From assembly GCA_000004985.1 (NCBI GenBank), contig GG738845.1: a DNA stretch of 64,000 nt; one strand, given 5' to 3'. Each line of letters opens with the position of its first letter. Within the stretch, counting starts at the first letter, position 1. The notes beneath the pieces are model-generated. The model saw only the letters and a program-made list of their open reading frames with translations. It searched no databases and had not been told where the DNA came from. The stretch is from Naegleria gruberi. Taxonomy: Eukaryota. Shown here piece by piece: positions 60,105-64,000 of this stretch. Both the position numbers and the translations under genes were made by a program.

Positions 60105-61022
60105 GAAAAAGAATTACTACAAGCAAAGATTGAGAATGACAATCTTATATCTCAAATCAATCAGAAAAACGAAAAGATTGAAGTTGTGCAATCAGAGGCT
60201 GCCCGCTTAAAGCAAAGTATGGATGACAAAACAAGAGTTTTAGTTCTTTTGATTCAAGAACTTTCAAATTTGACAAGTAATGGAGATTCTAAATTAACCA
60301 ATGTTCATTTGAAGAAGATTGTTTCAAGATACAATACAATTTTAACAAAAGGAATCAAGACAAACAATCAAGCAGAAAAGTTGAGAGATACAATAGAAGA
60401 ATTTGAAAGGCAAAGAGGATTTTTAGAACAAACCATAACAGGAATGAAAAGAACCCTATCGACAAGAGAAGAGCATCTAAAAAACGATCTTTTAAGAAAG
60501 AATAATGAAAATTCCATTTTAGTAGAAGAAATCAATCAATTAAGAAAAGATCAAAAGCAGTACAAACAAAGAATAATATCTTTAGAATACCAGCTCAAGA
60601 ATGCTCTTCATTTCCAACAGCAAGCACAAAGAGAATTGAACTCCTCGGCCTCCAATCCTGCATCGACTATATCTTCTGCGAGATCAAGACGAGTTGGAAG
60701 TGCCACATCTGCAAGTAGATCTTCCCTTAATAGAATACGAACTCCGGATGCATTCTTTGGAAATAGTGACATTACAGGTTTGGACAGACGAAAGGTTGCT
60801 GAATTTGTGGACTCTCTAGAAAAGAATAACAAACGATTCGAACAACAACAGCAGGATATTGACAAACTAAAGAACTATGTTCAAAACTTGTTGGAAGATG
60901 AGGGTTCGAAATCTCCTTCATCACAAAGTGACGATAATAACATTTCGTTTGGCGATTCTCCTCTTCTGGTTTCATCAGAAAAGCAAAAACCAAAATTGGC
61001 TCCGATTAAGATAAATAAATAA
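60105..61022 (+). CDS. 3' part (305 codons plus TAA) of a gene for a long coiled-coil protein with a Ser/Thr-rich C-terminal tail. The 5' end is lost in the N run.
   Basis: The frame is open from the first full codon after the gap (60105 gaa) to TAA at 61020..61022. The ORF-track start at 60186 is GTG inside an uninterrupted frame; I translated 27 further sense codons upstream of it (EKELLQAKIENDNLISQINQKNEKIEV...). The protein is rich in E/K/Q/L with heptad-like spacing (e.g. RIISLEYQLKNALHFQQQAQRELN), typical of coiled coils. It is followed by an S/T/R-rich segment and a short acidic/Ser tail. Codon usage matches the neighbouring ORFs. Confidence 0.8.
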   Translation, partial: EKELLQAKIENDNLISQINQKNEKIEVVQSEAARLKQSMDDKTRVLVLLIQELSNLTSNGDSKLTNVHLKKIVSRYNTILTKGIKTNNQAEKLRDTIEEFERQRGFLEQTITGMKRTLSTREEHLKNDLLRKNNENSILVEEINQLRKDQKQYKQRIISLEYQLKNALHFQQQAQRELNSSASNPASTISSARSRRVGSATSASRSSLNRIRTPDAFFGNSDITGLDRRKVAEFVDSLEKNNKRFEQQQQDIDKLKNYVQNLLEDEGSKSPSSQSDDNNISFGDSPLLVSSEKQKPKLAPIKINK

Positions 61023-61200
61023 TTTATTGTTTTTGTCGCAAGTTATGTACAAAGGTTGTTGATCTAGGGTCTGGTTTGTTTAGCTTGTGTTTGAACGTTA
61101 GGTTGTTGGTGATCGGCGATAGTTGCTAATTTAATTAGATTTTGTTGTAATTTCACTTGGAGTCTTTGTAAATCAATTCCATAATAAATTTTAGTATTGC
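61023..61200 (+). terminator. Putative 3' UTR / polyadenylation region of the coiled-coil gene, with yeast-type efficiency element TATGTA (61044..61049) and AATAAA (61183..61188)
   Basis: TATGTA lies 22 nt downstream of the TAA. The stop itself sits in ATAAATAAATAA, and a downstream AATAAA follows. These match the known yeast 3'-end processing elements (TATATA/TATGTA efficiency element, A-rich positioning element). The cleavage site cannot be determined from sequence. Confidence 0.3.
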
Positions 61201-61299
61201 CAGTCAAATATTGATAATAGTTAATATTTTGTGATGTAGATCAAACATACGGTTCACATTGATCGAATTGTCCTAGTTTTTGTCTTTCAATAATAGCAA

Positions 61300-61509
61300 A
61301 AATTAATTGTTGATTTTCGTCTAAATACTAATAAAGTTGTTGTTATTGTTGCGATATGAAACGTACATCCTGTATAGTTTTTGTGGTAATATTGCTGGCC
61401 GATGTATTCATATTGTCATTTGATGATGAAGCACGAGGTTGTGTGTTCATTTTTTGTTCCGACAAAAATTATTTTGATTTAAAAAAATGATACACAACAA
61501 AGTAATAAT
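61300..61509 (+). promoter_or_regulatory. Putative promoter / 5' leader of the 277-aa ORF: A7 tract at 61481..61487, T6 tract at 61450..61455, two short uORFs (61356..61490 and 61487..61525), no canonical TATAAA
   Basis: This 487-bp intergenic region lies between a convergent stop and the next start. Poly(dA:dT) tracts immediately upstream of the ATG are typical of yeast nucleosome-depleted promoters. A-rich -3 context (aataATGt). Confidence 0.25.
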
Positions 61510-62343
61510 ATGTATTCAAATATGAAAATGGAAAATTATTTTGAACAAGTGTTAAAACAACAACACCTAGTTAACGATGATTTAATTGGCTTTTCTGAGT
61601 ACTTAGACCGATTACTAGAATTAAAAGATTCCTATGAACCGCCATCAATTAGGAAGGATATTGATCAATCACCACTTATGAATGTATTCGGTTTAAAACG
61701 TTCCACGGTGAAGCCTTCTTTTTTATTTTCTCATACTCCAGATATTAAACGACTTTCAGAATTTAAAAACTACTACGTTGAAAAAACATTCAACAGACAA
61801 CCTGCTTTCAAAGCTTCTTTTAGAAACAAGAACAGGGATATTAATAATGATCATTCATTTATTGAAAAGTTGGAATTGTTATTTGGCGAGAATGAAAAGT
61901 ATTTGGATAAATTGACTGATTTGAAAACTCTCTATCACATAAAGCAACTCATTTCAAAATATGAAAGGAAAAATCAATTACAAAGTAATGAGGATTTTAA
62001 TATTTATAATAGGAAGGACAATAGTTTCAATTCTTCTTCATTTTATCATCAACCAAACAAGTCACTCACTGAAGAGAGTTCAACTATTATTCATAGACTG
62101 ATTTTAACAAGTGAACTATTTTCGCCCTACGAATTTTCAAGTGATACTAACCAAAGTGCTGCTTTGAAATCATTTCAGATAGTTTTACATGGTAGCTCTA
62201 AAATATTGAAGAAGAGGCTATCCTCTCTACCAATGTATAATGATATTTATTCATCCCTCATTGAACAATGCGATAAAAGATTCTCAACACTGAGAAGGGA
62301 AATATTTCCTCAAGTAGGTTTTTTATTTTACAAATTGTTGTAA
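61510..62343 (+). CDS. Hypothetical protein, 277 aa, no motif recognised. Possibly the 5' exon or N-terminal part of a larger gene continuing at 62401.
   Basis: ATG at 61510 with A-rich upstream context; open frame to TAA 62341..62343. Codon bias and amino-acid composition (K/N/S/L/F-rich) are the same as the flanking ORFs. Further in-frame ATGs at codons 5 and 7 (61522, 61528) leave the start choice ambiguous. Confidence 0.65.
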   Translation: MYSNMKMENYFEQVLKQQHLVNDDLIGFSEYLDRLLELKDSYEPPSIRKDIDQSPLMNVFGLKRSTVKPSFLFSHTPDIKRLSEFKNYYVEKTFNRQPAFKASFRNKNRDINNDHSFIEKLELLFGENEKYLDKLTDLKTLYHIKQLISKYERKNQLQSNEDFNIYNRKDNSFNSSSFYHQPNKSLTEESSTIIHRLILTSELFSPYEFSSDTNQSAALKSFQIVLHGSSKILKKRLSSLPMYNDIYSSLIEQCDKRFSTLRREIFPQVGFLFYKLL

Positions 62344-62400
62344 AAAACATGAAATCCTGATTAGCCACCTGACAGGTCAATCCCAACCAAGGAAATATCT

Positions 62401-64000
62401 ATGGAACAAATAGAATGGTTGAGTACAAAATATTTACCAAATATTTTCAGACATAGAGTTGATTGGGAAAATAGTCTCACAAAGAGATCAGAGCTGATTT
62501 ACAAACTCTTGTCCTATTTTTCAAAACAACCTGATCAAACAAACAAGGATTGGAGTTCTATAATTTGCTCCCAATACCCTGTTATGGTAAAAAGAAATGG
62601 GCAATATATGTTGATTTTCGGTATTCGTTGGAAGCCATTCACAAATATTAACAATACAATTCAATCTCTCAGGGAAAAGGGTTTATATGGTTTGGAATTT
62701 AATACAGAGCACTTCAACAACTTTCCATACTTTTTCAGGGATGGGAAAGAGTGTATTCCAACAGAAAGGCCAAATGTTACATCATCAACCCTTTTGAGAG
62801 ATTTTAAAAAACAATTGAAAACTCAAATAATAGACAGATCAGGAACAAACAAATACTCTTTTCCAAAACATCCACCATTCAGACATTGGGTATTCGATTT
62901 CTTCTTTAATCAGAGTATGTTAAGTAAGAATGATTTCCTAGCTGTTATGGAAGGAAGGAGATCCCTGCTGGAGATTATACTCAAGTATAGACCCGATCAA
63001 GTGTTGGAAAATCAAATTTATCAAACACTGATAACACAGATCGAGGAATGTTTGAAATCATCGAGAAGAGGTCATTCTTTTAAAAATACTATAGGCCACA
63101 GTGATTTGAAAAGTATACAGATTCCTGATTCCTCAAAATATCTCTCACTATTTCTTCCTTTTTACTTTCATATTGATGATAGTGAAATGTTAAGAGTTGA
63201 TCATTTATTTTCTATTAATTTGGAAGAATATATCAGATATTTTAGAAGAGTTTTAAGCGAATTGAGCGATTCTAATCTCTCCCAAGTGGGAATTTTGGAT
63301 ATATTCGAAATTAGAGAATCAATACAAGAAAACATAATGTACAACCACAAAAATCACATTAATAACTCTCTATTTAATGTTGTGGAAATTTCTAACCCTT
63401 CAAAAGGACATTATATCATTGACATTATTCCTAATCTAATTGAAACCATTCGCTCAAATGTGAAATTTTTAAGGTTGGATAATTTATATTGGAAACTCTA
63501 TTCGAGAGGACTTTACATCCCCGAAAATCCAATACTCCACCGAGATTTTATTCTACAAAGTATTAAAACCTTTCTGCATGATTTGAAAAATCGACAAGAT
63601 AAAACGGCAAGAAAATTCAATACCAAACAAGAGGACACTAATCTATTGCAAGATAACTTGACTCTAATGTCCAGATTTTTGAATTTGAAATGGAAGAGGC
63701 CTTTAGCATACGTTCAAGTTATGACCCCTTCTACAAGATTGGTCATTTCCAAATTGGTGAAAACCTATTTCCACCCCTTACACCAAGTTTTACAACACGA
63801 ACATGGCTCCCCAACTATTCCATCAAAATTGGTCAATACTATCATCCCATTCCAATCTAGAGTTAGCACTTTTGCGATAAAGCTGCTGGAAGTCACTCCT
63901 TCCCAGAACAACAATAATCAGGAAGACACTTTGGTAGATACTGTAAAGACCTTCATTGGAAAGTACAAACACGATGTACACAGATGCGAAAAGCAACTGT
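62401..64000 (+). CDS. Hypothetical protein, at least 533 aa, 3'-partial (open to the window end), no domain recognised. In the same frame as the upstream 277-aa ORF.
   Basis: I translated all 533 codons from ATG 62401 to the window edge by hand and found no stop. The ORF track omits it because no stop is reached. A-rich context before the ATG; consistent AT-rich third positions; short Asn run (NNNN at 63910..63921). Confidence 0.75.
   Translation, partial: MEQIEWLSTKYLPNIFRHRVDWENSLTKRSELIYKLLSYFSKQPDQTNKDWSSIICSQYPVMVKRNGQYMLIFGIRWKPFTNINNTIQSLREKGLYGLEFNTEHFNNFPYFFRDGKECIPTERPNVTSSTLLRDFKKQLKTQIIDRSGTNKYSFPKHPPFRHWVFDFFFNQSMLSKNDFLAVMEGRRSLLEIILKYRPDQVLENQIYQTLITQIEECLKSSRRGHSFKNTIGHSDLKSIQIPDSSKYLSLFLPFYFHIDDSEMLRVDHLFSINLEEYIRYFRRVLSELSDSNLSQVGILDIFEIRESIQENIMYNHKNHINNSLFNVVEISNPSKGHYIIDIIPNLIETIRSNVKFLRLDNLYWKLYSRGLYIPENPILHRDFILQSIKTFLHDLKNRQDKTARKFNTKQEDTNLLQDNLTLMSRFLNLKWKRPLAYVQVMTPSTRLVISKLVKTYFHPLHQVLQHEHGSPTIPSKLVNTIIPFQSRVSTFAIKLLEVTPSQNNNNQEDTLVDTVKTFIGKYKHDVHRCEKQL

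Noticed and set aside
60841-60856. (CAA)3(CAG)2 and, at 61336..61351, (GTT)n trinucleotide runs
   Set aside because: Very short and imperfect microsatellites. The first simply encodes QQQQQ in the coiled-coil gene. Not a meaningful repeat element.
60608-60865. 85-aa minus-strand ORF from the six-frame track (MSISCCCCSNRLLFF...)
   Set aside because: It lies entirely inside, and antisense to, the well-supported plus-strand coiled-coil CDS. Its Cys/Leu/Phe-rich composition is a typical antisense shadow of an E/K/Q-rich gene. It has no start context or independent signals.
60899-60913. GGTTCGAAATC, resembling a tRNA B-box / T-loop (GGTTCGAATCC)
   Set aside because: No A-box (TRGCNNAGTGG) at the expected distance upstream, and no acceptor or anticodon stem pairing that I could build. 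The motif sits in-frame inside the coding region (encoding EGSKS). Coincidental.
60772-60993. 73-aa minus-strand ORF from the six-frame track (MVFAFLMKPEEENRQTKCYY...)
   Set aside because: Same reasoning: an antisense shadow ORF within the plus-strand CDS.
61423-61429. ATGATGA matching the C/D snoRNA C-box consensus (RUGAUGA) in the intergenic region
   Set aside because: No CTGA D-box in the following ~100 nt on the same strand and no terminal stem. It is more simply part of the GAT GAT GAA run in a promoter region.
61343-61450. 35-codon minus-strand ORF (MNTQPRASSSNDNMNTSASNITTKTIQDVRFISQQ*). A GTACGT 5'-splice-like hexamer sits at its codons 29-30, and a TACTAAA branch-like motif lies downstream on that strand (around 61186..61192).
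   Set aside because: I considered a divergent gene with a short first exon, as in yeast ribosomal-protein genes. But no downstream exon of meaningful length exists on the minus strand before the convergent gene's stop at 61022, and the distances are atypical. It is most likely a chance ORF overlapping the (GTT)n/(CAA)n microsatellite at 61336..61351.
62341-62364. Stop-codon readthrough or programmed +1 frameshift joining the 277-aa ORF to the downstream ORF
   Set aside because: Readthrough would have to bypass three different stops (TAA, TGA, TAG) within 24 nt. Known yeast +1 frameshift genes have the downstream ORF in the +1 frame, but here it is in frame 0.
62915-62920. GTATGT (canonical yeast 5' splice site) inside the large ORF
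   Set aside because: The reading frame stays open straight through it with consistent codon usage. No TACTAAC-like branch point follows. Treating it as an intron would destroy the frame rather than rescue it.
60104-64000. Alternative genetic code (ciliate TAA/TAG = Gln) or prokaryotic origin
   Set aside because: All three ORFs terminate cleanly or stay open under the standard code. Gln is encoded overwhelmingly by CAA. Intergenic AT content is moderate rather than extreme. There are no Shine-Dalgarno-spaced starts or operon-like packing; instead there are yeast-like 3'-end signals and A-rich ATG contexts.

Overview
About 94% of this window (1..60103) is an uninterrupted run of N (assembly gap or masked sequence) and carries no information. 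Only 60104..64000 (~3.9 kb) is real sequence. That part looks like a nuclear genomic segment from an AT-rich budding-yeast-like eukaryote (Saccharomycotina-like). The evidence is codon usage dominated by AGA Arg, TTG/TTA Leu, CAA Gln and AAT Asn; an A-rich context before each ATG; a TATGTA 3'-end element 22 nt after a stop codon; and intergenic DNA that is moderately, not extremely, AT-rich. It does not look prokaryotic or ciliate. TAA/TAG are not needed as sense codons, and CAA is the Gln codon. Three plus-strand ORFs account for essentially all of the readable sequence. (1) 60105..61022 is the C-terminal 305 codons of a long coiled-coil protein with a Ser/Thr-rich tail. Its 5' end lies inside the N run. 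The start the ORF track gives at 60186 is an internal GTG, not the real start. (2) 61510..62343 is a 277-aa ORF with no family I recognise. (3) 62401..64000 is an ORF of at least 533 aa, open to the window edge. It lies in exactly the same frame as ORF 2 and is separated from it by only 57 bp carrying three in-frame stops. That ORF2/ORF3 junction is the most unusual thing I can see. It could be one split gene (short non-canonical intron, pseudogenising mutation, or assembly error) or two unusually tightly packed tandem genes. I find no RNA genes, CRISPR arrays or mobile elements, and no defence-system or operon-like architecture. The visible DNA cannot support a claim of a novel system.
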